Positions 14,874 through 24,698 of a stretch of DNA of 32,000 bases are shown here, piece after piece; the first letter of the stretch is position 1; each line of letters starts with the position of its first letter. The translations under genes and the position numbers were made by a program. Source of the stretch: Candidatus Saccharimonadota bacterium. GTDB taxonomy: Bacteria > Patescibacteriota > Gracilibacteria > UBA1369 > 2-02-FULL-48-14. The notes under the pieces were generated by a model that was not told the DNA's origin, made no database searches, and saw only the letters and a program-made list of their open reading frames with translations. The stretch lies in NCBI GenBank assembly GCA_016699145.1, contig CP064962.1, forward strand, positions 690,001-722,000, read 5' to 3'.

Positions 14874-17101
14874 TCTTTCTGCGCTTCAGCTTTCTCCTCA
14901 GCGGCCGCTTTGAGTTCAGCAGCATGCTCGCTACTGCTGGGTTTTTCCCAAAGCGCAAACTTACACTTTGGAAAACGGTTACAGCCGTAAAAAGCTTTGC
15001 CACCCCGCTTGGTGTGGCGTTCCACAAGTTCGCCTTCTTTGCATTCGGGACACTTCACCCCGATGCTTTTCAAAATGCTTTCTGTACCCTTACAAGTGGG
15101 GTAATCGGTGCAAGCTAAATAATCTCCAAAACGACCCGTTTTCACCTCCATGGGCTTGCCACATTTGGGGCATTTTTTGCCAGCAAATTTCTTACGGAGT
15201 TCGTCCAAATTCTTCTCCTTTTCGGGGTCAGGCGTTTGAGCCCCCTCCCCCTCTAAAGGTTTGGCATTTTTGCATTCCGGGAAATTCGTACACGAAAGGA
15301 ATTTTCCAAAACGACCAAATTTCACGGCCATAGGCTTGCCACAAAGTTCACAAATTTCATCGGTTTTCTCCGTGATCACATCTTCTTTTTTGATGGTTTT
15401 CATTTTCTCATCCACAAGCTCATGAAAAGGTTCATAAAATTCGCGGATTTCAGATTGCCATTTTTCATGCCCTTCCTCAATTTGATCGAGCATGTCTTCC
15501 ATTTTCACCGTGAAGTGATAATCCAAAATTTGCGGAAAATGTTCCACCAAAAAGTCGTTGACCAAAAAGCCGATCTCCGTAGGACTGAGTTGTTTTTTCT
15601 CGCTTTGGATGTAGCCGCGCGTTTGCACCGTCGAAATAGTGGGAGCATAGGTAGAAGGTCGCCCGATGCCTTCCGATTCGAGTTTTTTCACGAGACTCGC
15701 TTCCGTGTAACGAGCCGGCGGTTTTGTAAAATGTTGCTCGGGGACATAACGCTTTAAAGCGGGTTTTTCACCAACCGTGAGCACCGGCAAATGTTTTTCG
15801 CCGTCTTCATTTTCTTCTTCCTCATCGTGTCCTTCCATATACACCTGCATGAAACCCGGAAACTTCACCGTCTGACCCGTGGCACGGAAGATATAATCCT
15901 TGGCTTCAATATCCGCGCCCACTTGCTCCAATACCGCCGCCGCCATCTGGCAAGCCAGCGTGCGCTTCCAAATGAGTTCATACAATTTCAGTTCATCTTT
16001 AGACAAATGCTTTTCTAAAGTTTCAGGCCTTCTCGATAAATCCGACGGACGAATGGCTTCGTGGGCCTCTTGAGCCCCTTTCTTCCCTTTGTAATAACGC
16101 GGTTCAGGCAGGGCAAATTCTTTGCCAAAATGAGCGGCCACCACTTCTTTAGCCTGAGCCAACGCAAGAGGAGAAAGATTCACCGAATCCGTACGCATGT
16201 AAGTAATGAGCCCTTCGTGTCCACTGTCCAATTCCACTCCTTCGTACAAATGCTGAGCCACCATCATGGTTTTCTTCACCGAAAACCCGAGCTTACGAGA
16301 CGCTTCTTGCTGCAAAGTTGACGTGGTGAAAGGCGCGGCTGGATTGCGATTCACTTCTTTAGCCTCCACATTCTTCACCACAAAATGAGCTCCTTCCAAA
16401 TCCTTCAAAACCGCTTGAGTTTCTTTTTCAGTCTTCAGCTCAATGGCCTTGCCCTTGTGCTTGGTGAGCTTGGCCTCAAACAGTTCCTTCTTTTTTTCCG
16501 TGCTGAGTTCGGCAATCAAAGACCAATATTCTTGCGCTTTAAACGCTTGGATTTCGCGTTCCCGTTCCACCACCAAACGCACGGCCACGCTCTGCACTCG
16601 CCCCGCCGAAAGGCCGTACTTGATCTTCTTCCAGAGCAAAGGCGAGAGTTCATAGCCCACCAATCGGTCCAAAATGCGGCGCGCCTGCTGAGCATCCACC
16701 AGTTTTTTGTTGATGCTGCGAGGATGAGCCACCGCCTCTAAAATGGCGGGCTTGGTGATTTCATGAAAAACGATGCGCTTCAAATCCTTGCGTTCACCCA
16801 AATGCAAGGCCTCCACCAAATGCCAACCGATGGCTTCCCCCTCGCGGTCTTCGTCTGTTGCGATGTAGACCACGGTCTTGGGCCCAATCTTGGTTTTCAA
16901 GCCGTCCACCACTTTCTTTTTATCCTTGCTGACCAAATAAGAAGGTTCAAAATTATGTTTTACGTCGATGCCCATTTTGGTCTTCGGCAAGTCCCTCACA
17001 TGACCCATAGAAGCCATCACGGTGAAGTCCGATCCCAATACTTTAGAAATGGTTTGAATCTTTCCAGGAGACTCAACAATCACAAGATTTTTAGCAGCCA
17101 T
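14870..17101 (-). CDS. topA: DNA topoisomerase I with three C-terminal C4 zinc ribbons
   Basis: TOPRIM motifs VIVESPGK and DEDREGE, active-site YMRTDS, and three CxxC...CxxC modules: CELCGKP..CTNFPECK, CPKCGKP..CTDYPTCK, CPECKEG..CNRFPKCK. Confidence 0.95.
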   Translation of the reverse strand: MAAKNLVIVESPGKIQTISKVLGSDFTVMASMGHVRDLPKTKMGIDVKHNFEPSYLVSKDKKKVVDGLKTKIGPKTVVYIATDEDREGEAIGWHLVEALHLGERKDLKRIVFHEITKPAILEAVAHPRSINKKLVDAQQARRILDRLVGYELSPLLWKKIKYGLSAGRVQSVAVRLVVEREREIQAFKAQEYWSLIAELSTEKKKELFEAKLTKHKGKAIELKTEKETQAVLKDLEGAHFVVKNVEAKEVNRNPAAPFTTSTLQQEASRKLGFSVKKTMMVAQHLYEGVELDSGHEGLITYMRTDSVNLSPLALAQAKEVVAAHFGKEFALPEPRYYKGKKGAQEAHEAIRPSDLSRRPETLEKHLSKDELKLYELIWKRTLACQMAAAVLEQVGADIEAKDYIFRATGQTVKFPGFMQVYMEGHDEEEENEDGEKHLPVLTVGEKPALKRYVPEQHFTKPPARYTEASLVKKLESEGIGRPSTYAPTISTVQTRGYIQSEKKQLSPTEIGFLVNDFLVEHFPQILDYHFTVKMEDMLDQIEEGHEKWQSEIREFYEPFHELVDEKMKTIKKEDVITEKTDEICELCGKPMAVKFGRFGKFLSCTNFPECKNAKPLEGEGAQTPDPEKEKNLDELRKKFAGKKCPKCGKPMEVKTGRFGDYLACTDYPTCKGTESILKSIGVKCPECKEGELVERHTKRGGKAFYGCNRFPKCKFALWEKPSSSEHAAELKAAAEEKAEAQKD

Positions 17102-17163
17102 AACAAAACTTTAGCGTGGGACTACCATAAAAACTCAGACATGGAATTGTCAATCATTTGCGC

Positions 17164-17191
17164 TTGTTAAAACGAGTTCCACGCTTATAAT
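17164..17191 (+). promoter_or_regulatory. Sigma70-like promoter TTGTTA-N16-TATAAT upstream of the HU gene
   Basis: TTGTTA at 17164-17169 and consensus TATAAT at 17186-17191. The ATG is at 17220. Confidence 0.45.
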
Positions 17192-17219
17192 GAACGGGAT
17201 TTATACTTAATCCACCGCC

Positions 17220-17495
17220 ATGACTAAAGGTGACCTGATCGATATTGCCGCTCGAGAAGCTGGCATCACCAAAAAGGCTGCTTCTCAAGCAATTGAAGCC
17301 GTTTTGGAAGCCGTAACCAAAAGTCTCTCTAAGGGACAAAATGTAACCCTCACTGGGTTCGGGACCTTCCGCGTTTCCAAACGTGCATCCCGCACTGGAG
17401 TGAACCCTCGCAACCCTTCCCTGAAGATCAAGATCCCATCCATGACACTGCCCGCCTTCAAGGCCGGGAAGTCCCTCAAGGATGCAGTCCGCTAA
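17220..17495 (+). CDS. hup: Nucleoid-associated DNA-binding protein HU
   Basis: MTKGDLIDIAAREAGITKKAASQAIEAVLEAV...GFGTFRVSKRASRTGVNPRNP...PAFKAGKSLKDAV is a canonical HU/IHF fold sequence. 91 aa. Confidence 0.93.
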   Translation: MTKGDLIDIAAREAGITKKAASQAIEAVLEAVTKSLSKGQNVTLTGFGTFRVSKRASRTGVNPRNPSLKIKIPSMTLPAFKAGKSLKDAVR

Positions 17496-17547
17496 GATGC
17501 CACGGTCTTGGCCGCAAAGGCACAAAAATAGATTCATTCTTAAAAAA

Positions 17548-17575
17548 CCTCATCCTCGGATGGGGTTTTTGTTTT
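17548..17575 (+). terminator. Intrinsic terminator after the HU gene
   Basis: CCTCATCC..GGATGGGG forms a hairpin of about 7 bp including one G-U pair. TTTTTGTTTT follows. Confidence 0.6.
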
Positions 17576-17590
17576 GACTCTAAAATCAAA

Positions 17591-17626
17591 GATGTGTATA
17601 GTAAGTGTGTAATTATTATACACATC
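17591..17626. promoter_or_regulatory. Dyad operator candidate of the vapBC module
   Basis: GATGTGTATA (17591-17600) and TATACACATC (17617-17626) are a perfect 10-bp inverted repeat. A second left-arm-like copy, GTGTGTAAT, sits between them. The repeat ends 2 nt before the vapB ATG (17629). Confidence 0.45.
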
Positions 17627-17628
17627 AA

Positions 17629-17877
17629 ATGATCATCGCAGCTGCTCGACGAAAACGAATCAATTGCATGATGGACTCCGACCTGCTGGACCGATTGGGA
17701 GAACTGATTCCTCCTGGAGAAAGAAGTGATTTTGTAAATGAAGCAGTCGAAGAAAAACTTTTACGATGGGGCAGGCAAAAAGCTTTTGAGGAGCTAGAGA
17801 AGTTTAAAGCCAAACATCCTTTGAAAATGAGCAACAAACAAATGCTTAAAATGATTCATGAAAGCAGACGATACTAA
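17629..17877 (+). CDS. vapB: Ribbon-helix-helix (CopG/VapB-like) antitoxin
   Basis: MIIAAARRKRINCMMDSDLLDRLGELIPPGERSDFVNEAVEEKL shows the RHH pattern. It overlaps the downstream PIN gene by 20 nt. I prefer ATG 17629 to the track's GTG 17605, which lies inside the dyad. Confidence 0.7.
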   Translation: MIIAAARRKRINCMMDSDLLDRLGELIPPGERSDFVNEAVEEKLLRWGRQKAFEELEKFKAKHPLKMSNKQMLKMIHESRRY

Positions 17878-18292
17878 AAAGCTCATTCTCGACACATCTG
17901 TTCTTCTTAAATGGCTGATCAACGAACCGGAAGATCTTGAGCAGGCTAACCATTTAAGAGCTCTCTTCCTAAAGGGAGAAGTTGATATTAAAATACTGGC
18001 TCTTACGGTTTGGGAAGTCAACAACCAGTTGGGCAGAATTTATGATCCGAACGCTGCTGCGGGATTATTTTCACATTTTCAAATGTATAAAATACCTCAA
18101 GCAATCCTTAAAACAAGCGACTGCTTAATGGCCTTTCATATCATGAAAAAATGCCCCGGCGTTTCTTTTTACGACGCCTCTTACCATGCCGTTGCCTTAC
18201 AGGAAAGTGCGGGATTCCTCACTGCAGATAAAAAATACTATGACAAAGCTAAAAAACTCGGCCATATTCTTCTGTTAAAAGATTACCATTGA
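17858..18292 (+). CDS. vapC: PIN-domain ribonuclease toxin (VapC-like)
   Basis: Acidic PIN residues are in the expected order: LILDTSV (D), WEV (E), FYDASY (D), LTAD (D). 144 aa. Confidence 0.75.
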   Translation: MKADDTKKLILDTSVLLKWLINEPEDLEQANHLRALFLKGEVDIKILALTVWEVNNQLGRIYDPNAAAGLFSHFQMYKIPQAILKTSDCLMAFHIMKKCPGVSFYDASYHAVALQESAGFLTADKKYYDKAKKLGHILLLKDYH

Positions 18293-18298
18293 GCCGCC

Positions 18299-18327
18299 TA
18301 TACACCTCCCTTTTGCTCTGCTAGAAT
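18299..18327 (+). promoter_or_regulatory. Putative promoter TATACA-N17-TAGAAT upstream of pheS
   Basis: TATACA at 18299-18304 and TAGAAT at 18322-18327. The ATG is at 18348. Confidence 0.3.
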
Positions 18328-18347
18328 AGCGCCACACTTTTCAAATT

Positions 18348-19391
18348 ATGCACGATTCTCTTAAGTTGCTCAGCGAAAAGGCGGCAGCGGCTCTGCGCGG
18401 AGCAAAAAACTTGGAAACACTCAAAGACGTGGAACGGGATTATTTGGGTAAAAGTGGAGAATTGACGGGCCTTCTAAAAGGCCTCAAAGAGCTGCCGGAC
18501 GAAGAAAAACGCCTCTTTGGAAAAGCCGTGAACGACTTAAAAATGGAGCTCGAAAAGCTGCTGGCAGCACGGCATAATGACCTCGAAAAGGCTGAAATTG
18601 AAGCGTCTCTCGAAAACGACTGGTTGGATCTCACCGCACCCGGTGAGAAATTCGCCACTGGACATGTCCACCCGCTTGCTCAAGTGCAACGCGAAGTGGA
18701 AAGTATTTTTAAAGAAATGGGGTTCTCAATTGTAGATGGGCCCGAAGTGGAGAGTGAATTTTACAATTTTGAAGGGTTGAATATTCCAGCTCACCATCCT
18801 GCACGAGACATGCAAGACACTTTTTTCATCGACAAAGTCCAAGACCCCGTGGAGGGCAAACTTGTACTGCGCACTCAAACCTCACCGAATCAAATCCGTG
18901 CCATGAAAAAATACGGAGCACCGCTGCGCATCATTGTGCCCGGACGCGTATTCCGCAATGAAGCCACCGATGCTTCCCACGAACACACCTTTGACCAAGT
19001 GGAGGGCCTGCTCATCGACAAAAACATTTCCATTGCCCACCTCAAAGGAACTTTGCAAGAATTTTTGACGCGTCTCTTCAAGCGCGAGACCAAAATCCGC
19101 TTTCGCCCCGGCTACTTTCCCTTCGTGGAACCCGGGCTCGAAATGGACATGTCCTGTCCTTTTTGCGGCGGAGAAACAGGCTGCCGCGTCTGCAAGCACA
19201 GTGGCTGGATTGAGTTCATGGGCGCCGGAATGGTGCACCCCAACGTGCTCAAAGCGGGAGGTGTGGACTCCAAAGAGTACCAGGGTTGGGCCTTTGGTTT
19301 TGGCCTCACTCGCCTGGTGATGATGCGTTACGGCATCGACGATATTCGCCACTTGCAAAGTGGAGATTTAAGATTTAACGAACAATTTTAA
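18348..19391 (+). CDS. pheS: Phenylalanine--tRNA ligase alpha subunit
   Basis: Class II motifs FRNEATDASHEHTFDQVEG, GAGMVHPNVL and GWAFGFGLTRLVMMRYGIDDIR. Confidence 0.95.
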   Translation: MHDSLKLLSEKAAAALRGAKNLETLKDVERDYLGKSGELTGLLKGLKELPDEEKRLFGKAVNDLKMELEKLLAARHNDLEKAEIEASLENDWLDLTAPGEKFATGHVHPLAQVQREVESIFKEMGFSIVDGPEVESEFYNFEGLNIPAHHPARDMQDTFFIDKVQDPVEGKLVLRTQTSPNQIRAMKKYGAPLRIIVPGRVFRNEATDASHEHTFDQVEGLLIDKNISIAHLKGTLQEFLTRLFKRETKIRFRPGYFPFVEPGLEMDMSCPFCGGETGCRVCKHSGWIEFMGAGMVHPNVLKAGGVDSKEYQGWAFGFGLTRLVMMRYGIDDIRHLQSGDLRFNEQF

Positions 19392-19421
19392 ACCGGGCAA
19401 AGCCTGGACTTCAAAAAAGCT

Positions 19422-21857
19422 ATGAACATTTCTCTCGACTGGATTTCGGACTTCGTTTCACTGGGTAAAAAAAACCCTGCTGAAATCGGTGCCTTGCTCA
19501 CGCGCCATACCGCGGAAGTAGAAGGTATCATCGACCTCGCCAAACCTTATGAAAAAATGATCGTAGGGGAAGTGCTCGAAATCAAAAAACATCCCGGCGC
19601 AGATCGCCTCAACTTGGTGCAAACCGACATTGGCGAAAAAGAACCGGTTCAAATCGTTTGCGGAGGGCAAAATCTGAAACCCGGCCTCAAAGTAGCCGTA
19701 GCCCTGCCCGGAGCTTGGTGCAAATGGCACGGCGAAGGCGAGCCCGTTCAAATCACCCAGGCTAAAATTCGCGGCGAATCCAGTCACGGAATGATCTGTG
19801 CCGGTGAAGAAATCGGGCTCCCCAGCGACAACCTGCCCGGCTCCACAGAAGTACACATTTGTGAACTGGCCAAAATAAATACTGAAGCCGCTCGTGCCAA
19901 AACCGGAACTCCTCTCGCAGAAGTTTTGGGCAAAAAGGGCGCCGTACTCGAAATCGACAACAAATCCCTAACCCATCGTCCCGACCTTTGGGGACACTAT
20001 GGAATCGCCCGTGAACTCGCCGCCATCCTCGAAGAAAAACTCGTCACTTTAGACACTTTTGTCACCCATCCAAAACCCAAAGGGAAAACGGTAGCCATTC
20101 TAGACATTGAAGACAAAACGCTGTGTCCACGTTTCAGCGCCGCCATACTCACAGGCATCACCATTGAAGAGTCACCCCTGTGGATGAAAGCTCGCCTTGA
20201 AGCAGCAGGTATGAATGTACACAACAACATTGTGGACATCACCAATTATGTGATGCTGGAACTCGGGCAACCCATGCACGCTTACGACCGTGAAACCATT
20301 GGGGACACTTTGCGCGTCCGCTTCGCAAAAAAAGGTGAGAAATTACTGACGTTAGAAGGAGGCGAGCACCCTCTCACCGAAGAAGATCCCATCATCACAA
20401 ACGGTGCCGATCTGCCCATTGGACTGGCAGGAATCAAAGGAGGATTGCACTCCGGCATTCGCAGTGAAACGACGGAACTCGTTTTAGAAGCAGCCACCTT
20501 CGACCCCGTCGCCGTGCGCAAAGCCGCAGCGCGTCACGGTCTTCGAACCGATGCCTCTCAACGTTTTGAAAAAAAACTAGACCCCAGCCTGACAGAAATG
20601 GCACTCCAGCGAGCCATCCACCTCATTCTCAAGCTTTGCCCGGAAGCAAAATTAGAAGGGCCCATTCATACCGTGGGCTCTTGGAAAGCCACAAAAAAAA
20701 CCCTTTCTTTAGATCCGGCCCGTCTTTGCAGCAAAATCGGGGTCGAAATTCCAGATAGCGAAATCACTCGCATCCTCAAAGCCTTGGCTTTCGAAGTTAA
20801 AAAAGATGGGAAAAAACTAGAAGTCACCGTGCCCTCACACCGCGCCAGTGGGGACGTCGGCATTGAAGAGGACCTGGTGGAAGAAGTGGCTCGCCTTTAC
20901 GGTTACGACAAGATCCCTCCCCTTTTGCCCGCGCTGCCCACCCAACTGCCCATTGAAAACACCGAGCGCGAACTCAAGCACCGCGCCCGAAACATTTTTG
21001 CCGGAAGCTTGGGCTTTACGGAAGTGATGACCTATTCTTTCTATGGCAAAGACCGCATGCAAAAATGCGGCCTGGATGAAAACGAACATTTAAAAATATT
21101 GAATCCCCTTTCCGAAGACCAAACTCATTTGCGCACCACTCTCACGCCCAATTTGCTTGCCGTAATCGCTGCCAACGCTCGCGAAAAAGAAAAAATCCAA
21201 ATTTTTGAAATCGGACACAGTTATCGTGAAGTGGGGCACTACATGCCCGAGGAGCAAAAACGCATCACCGCCATGCTGGCTCAAAAAGAAGAACCCTTCT
21301 ACAAAGCCAAAGGTGCCTTGGAAACGTTTTTGAAAAATTTCGGTGTCGAAAATTACGAGCTCAGACCTTCCGAAAAAATCTTGCCTTATGCTCATCCCAA
21401 AAAATCAGTGGATTTACTGGTGAATGGCAAACCAGCGGGAGTGCTTTTCACTGCCCACCCAGGCACCCTCAAAGCCTTCGATATCGCCCTGAATGTGAGC
21501 GTGTTTTCCTTCCATTTTTCAGCTTTAGCAACCGCCGTTCAAAACGGAAAACGCTTCCAAAGTTTGCCTAAATTCCCAGGCATGGAAATGGACGTATCCG
21601 TTCTCGTACCCGCTCGCCAAACCGTGGCAGAATTGGAAGCCGCCATTCGAAGTGTAGACAATGAAAACAGGATGGAATCTGTCGAACTTTTCGACATTTA
21701 CAGCGGAGAAAAAATCCCGCAAAACCAAAAATCTTTGAGTTTCCGCATTAAACTGCGGCACCCTGAACGCACTCTCACAGATGCCGAGTTTCAAAATTTA
21801 CAAAAATCCACCTTCATCGCACTGGAAAAAACTGGAGCGAAAGTGCGTGGCCTTTAA
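19422..21857 (+). CDS. pheT: Phenylalanine--tRNA ligase beta subunit
   Basis: 811 aa directly downstream of pheS. It has an N-terminal tRNA-binding domain, HRPDLWGHYGIARELAA, GQPMHAYD and a C-terminal FDX-ACB-like end. Confidence 0.93.
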   Translation: MNISLDWISDFVSLGKKNPAEIGALLTRHTAEVEGIIDLAKPYEKMIVGEVLEIKKHPGADRLNLVQTDIGEKEPVQIVCGGQNLKPGLKVAVALPGAWCKWHGEGEPVQITQAKIRGESSHGMICAGEEIGLPSDNLPGSTEVHICELAKINTEAARAKTGTPLAEVLGKKGAVLEIDNKSLTHRPDLWGHYGIARELAAILEEKLVTLDTFVTHPKPKGKTVAILDIEDKTLCPRFSAAILTGITIEESPLWMKARLEAAGMNVHNNIVDITNYVMLELGQPMHAYDRETIGDTLRVRFAKKGEKLLTLEGGEHPLTEEDPIITNGADLPIGLAGIKGGLHSGIRSETTELVLEAATFDPVAVRKAAARHGLRTDASQRFEKKLDPSLTEMALQRAIHLILKLCPEAKLEGPIHTVGSWKATKKTLSLDPARLCSKIGVEIPDSEITRILKALAFEVKKDGKKLEVTVPSHRASGDVGIEEDLVEEVARLYGYDKIPPLLPALPTQLPIENTERELKHRARNIFAGSLGFTEVMTYSFYGKDRMQKCGLDENEHLKILNPLSEDQTHLRTTLTPNLLAVIAANAREKEKIQIFEIGHSYREVGHYMPEEQKRITAMLAQKEEPFYKAKGALETFLKNFGVENYELRPSEKILPYAHPKKSVDLLVNGKPAGVLFTAHPGTLKAFDIALNVSVFSFHFSALATAVQNGKRFQSLPKFPGMEMDVSVLVPARQTVAELEAAIRSVDNENRMESVELFDIYSGEKIPQNQKSLSFRIKLRHPERTLTDAEFQNLQKSTFIALEKTGAKVRGL

Positions 21858-21866
21858 TCAACTTCC

Positions 21867-24698
21867 ATGGAAAAAATGAAAAAAGCAAAAGATTGGAGCG
21901 TCAAACACATCCGAAAAGGGTGGACTCATTTGCAACCCAAGCCTGAAATGAAAAAATGGCAAAAAACATGGCGCTATGCGGCCATTGCAGTTTTAGGAGC
22001 TTTTGCATCGGGCTTCATCATTTCCTTTCTTTATTTTGTTATTCTGCTGCTGATTTTCGACCCCACGGGTGGACTGCCAAAAGACTCCACTCTCATTTTG
22101 GACCGCGAAGGCAATTTGCTTTACACCATCCATGGAGAAGAAAATCGAACCACTCTCGACGGAATGGAAGAGGTTTCTCCTTATCTCACCGATGCAACTT
22201 TAGCGATTGAGGACGATCAATTTTATGAACACATCGGCATAGACATTCCAGGCCTCATGAAAGCCGTGGCGGCTCAGTTCGGCATCGGAACCCCGCGCGG
22301 AGGTTCCACCATCACTCAACAATTCGTGCGCAACGGCTATTTGACTTTAGAAAAAAGCTACATTCGCAAATACCGCGAAATCATGATGTCTTTGGTCCTG
22401 GAACTCAAATTCAGCAAAGACGAAATCCTGATGATGTACTTGAATGAAATCCCTTATGGAAACAACGCTTACGGCATTGAACTTGCAGCAAAGCGCTACT
22501 TTGGAAAAAGCGCAAAAGAATTGACCTTGGCTGAATCTGCAGTGCTGGCCAGCATCCCCAACGCGCCCAGTTATTACTCCCCTTATGGAACCCACAAATA
22601 CAGCGCTTTGAACTTTGAGCTCACCGAAGAAAGTTTGGCGGGGCGCAGCATCACAGGTGAAGCCGATTTGGAATACGATGAATTCGATCGCGGACTCATT
22701 GGCAAAAGCTTCACTCTTCCCGACGGAAGCAGTTTTTATCTCAAAGGACGCAGCGATATCGTGCTGAATGAAATGCAAGATTTGGGCATGATCACCGAAG
22801 AAGAAAAACTTGCCGCACTTTCCGAAGTCCAAACTCTGACTTTCATCGATCATAAAGACACCATTGTGGCGGCTCACTTTGTGATGTGGGTGAAAGAAGA
22901 ATTGGAAAAAAAGTACGGAAAAGAAGTCGTGGAACAAGGAGGACTGCGCGTCACCACCACCCTCGACCCAGATTTCCAAAAAGCCGCAGAGGAAGCCATT
23001 GAAGAAAAAATAGAAAGCAACAAAAGCAGCTACAATGCCAACAATGCCGCTCTGGTGAGTGTGCAGGCTCAAACCGGACAAATCTTAAGCATGGTGGGTT
23101 CCGCCGCCTTTTTAGGAGAAGAAGCCGAAGCCATCGATGGACAAGTGAACATGATCACCAGTTATCGTGCACCGGGCTCGGCGTTCAAACCCTTCGTCTA
23201 TGCTTTGGCCTTTTTAAACCAGTACACCCCGGCCACTGTGCTTTACGATGTGTCCACTTCTTGGGGCAGTTGGTCTCCAAAAAACTTCGACGGCGGCTTC
23301 CGGGGCCCCATGACCATCCGCCAAGCGTTAGGACAATCTCGAAACATTCCGGCGGTCAAAGCTTATTTCCTTGCCGGACAATCTGAAAAAATCATCCCTT
23401 TTGTAGAAACCTTCGGAATGGAATCCATTTCTGAACAAGACGCAGCCGCTTCTTTTGGAGGCTCTTTATCTTTGGGAGCCGCCAACGTGACTCCCTTGGA
23501 ATTCGCAGAAGCTTATACGGTTTTTGCCAACGGCGGCACCAAAGTTGAACCTGTTTCCATCCTAAAAATCGAGACCGCAGACGGGAACATTTTGGAGCAA
23601 TGGGATGAAAGCAAGATTGAAAAAACCGAAGTGCTGGACCCGGAAGTGGCTTACCTCATCAATGACATTCTTTCCGATCCCTCCGTAAACATTGGAGGCA
23701 ACATCTACATCAGCGCCATCGACAACGCTGCCAAAACAGGAACCTCCACCGACGACAAAACGGGCTATGCCAACAACGGATGGATCGCCGCCTACACCCC
23801 CACTCTCGTGACCATCGGTTGGTCCGGAAACACGGATGGCTCACCCATGAATTCCGCAGGAGAGGCCTATTACACCATCGCACCCATTTGGAAAAATTAC
23901 ATGAACAAAGTGCTCAATCGTCTGGAGCCTACCGTGTGGAATAAACCCGCCGGCATCCGCGAAGTAGCGGTGAGCAAAGCCTGCGGAACCCTACCCAGCG
24001 AATGGACTCCCTCAGACATGATTTATACCGAAGTTTTCGCCAGCTTCTCTGTGCCCAGCAAAACAGACGACTGTTATAGAAAAGTCAAAATAGAAACCAT
24101 CACCGGAAGACTAGCGACGGAATACTCCCCAGCCGATGTGGTGCAAGAAAAAGTGTTCCGCGTTTACAAAGAAGAATGGAGCAATTGGCAATCCTTCATC
24201 GACAGGTGGGCCGGTGGGAAAGAAGACCTTGAGCTGCCTCCCATTGAATATGCAGACGACATCCACAACGCCGAAACGGCGGCCAAGACACCGGCTCTCA
24301 CCATTGTCTCTCCAAGCAATCTTTCTTCAATAGATGGCAGTGAACGGAGTCACGATATTGAAGTGCAAATCGATAGTGTTGGGAACGGTTTAACGGAAGT
24401 CACTTACTACTTGAACGAACTCTTGCAATATCACGCTTACGAATACCCTTACACCGGAAACATTCGCCTACCGATCACCGTTCAAAACGGAGATTCCTAC
24501 ACCATCACTGCCAAAGCCGTGGACCAATACGGTTACAGCACCACAAGCAGCATTGAGGTGAAAATCAGCAGCTCTTCACGTTCTTCAAGAGGATTCTTTG
24601 AAGAATTGGAGGAAGTGGAAGAACTGTCGAATACCGAAACTTCAGAAGAAGCTTCGCTCATCGAGCTCTTCAATCGCTCCCGTACGAGCTATAAGTAG
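21867..24698 (+). CDS. Class A penicillin-binding protein (glycosyltransferase GT51 + transpeptidase) with long C-terminal extension
   Basis: GT51 motifs EDDQFYEH and RGGSTITQQ. Transpeptidase motifs SAFKPF (SxxK), SRN and KTGT. It has an N-terminal TM anchor and a Ser-rich, acidic C-terminal tail. Confidence 0.92.
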   Translation: MEKMKKAKDWSVKHIRKGWTHLQPKPEMKKWQKTWRYAAIAVLGAFASGFIISFLYFVILLLIFDPTGGLPKDSTLILDREGNLLYTIHGEENRTTLDGMEEVSPYLTDATLAIEDDQFYEHIGIDIPGLMKAVAAQFGIGTPRGGSTITQQFVRNGYLTLEKSYIRKYREIMMSLVLELKFSKDEILMMYLNEIPYGNNAYGIELAAKRYFGKSAKELTLAESAVLASIPNAPSYYSPYGTHKYSALNFELTEESLAGRSITGEADLEYDEFDRGLIGKSFTLPDGSSFYLKGRSDIVLNEMQDLGMITEEEKLAALSEVQTLTFIDHKDTIVAAHFVMWVKEELEKKYGKEVVEQGGLRVTTTLDPDFQKAAEEAIEEKIESNKSSYNANNAALVSVQAQTGQILSMVGSAAFLGEEAEAIDGQVNMITSYRAPGSAFKPFVYALAFLNQYTPATVLYDVSTSWGSWSPKNFDGGFRGPMTIRQALGQSRNIPAVKAYFLAGQSEKIIPFVETFGMESISEQDAAASFGGSLSLGAANVTPLEFAEAYTVFANGGTKVEPVSILKIETADGNILEQWDESKIEKTEVLDPEVAYLINDILSDPSVNIGGNIYISAIDNAAKTGTSTDDKTGYANNGWIAAYTPTLVTIGWSGNTDGSPMNSAGEAYYTIAPIWKNYMNKVLNRLEPTVWNKPAGIREVAVSKACGTLPSEWTPSDMIYTEVFASFSVPSKTDDCYRKVKIETITGRLATEYSPADVVQEKVFRVYKEEWSNWQSFIDRWAGGKEDLELPPIEYADDIHNAETAAKTPALTIVSPSNLSSIDGSERSHDIEVQIDSVGNGLTEVTYYLNELLQYHAYEYPYTGNIRLPITVQNGDSYTITAKAVDQYGYSTTSSIEVKISSSSRSSRGFFEELEEVEELSNTETSEEASLIELFNRSRTSYK

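Noticed and set aside
18293-18347. T-box or leader-peptide attenuator upstream of pheS
   Set aside because: The spacer is only 55 nt and is occupied by a promoter-like TATACA-N17-TAGAAT. There is no room for a riboswitch or leader.
22347-23081. 244-aa ORF on the minus strand
   Set aside because: It is antisense to the PBP glycosyltransferase/linker region. Its F-rich nonsense composition marks it as a shadow ORF. The same reasoning applies to 10302..10763(-), 18882..19358(-), 14004..14483(+), 16763..17170(+) and 9212..9568(+).
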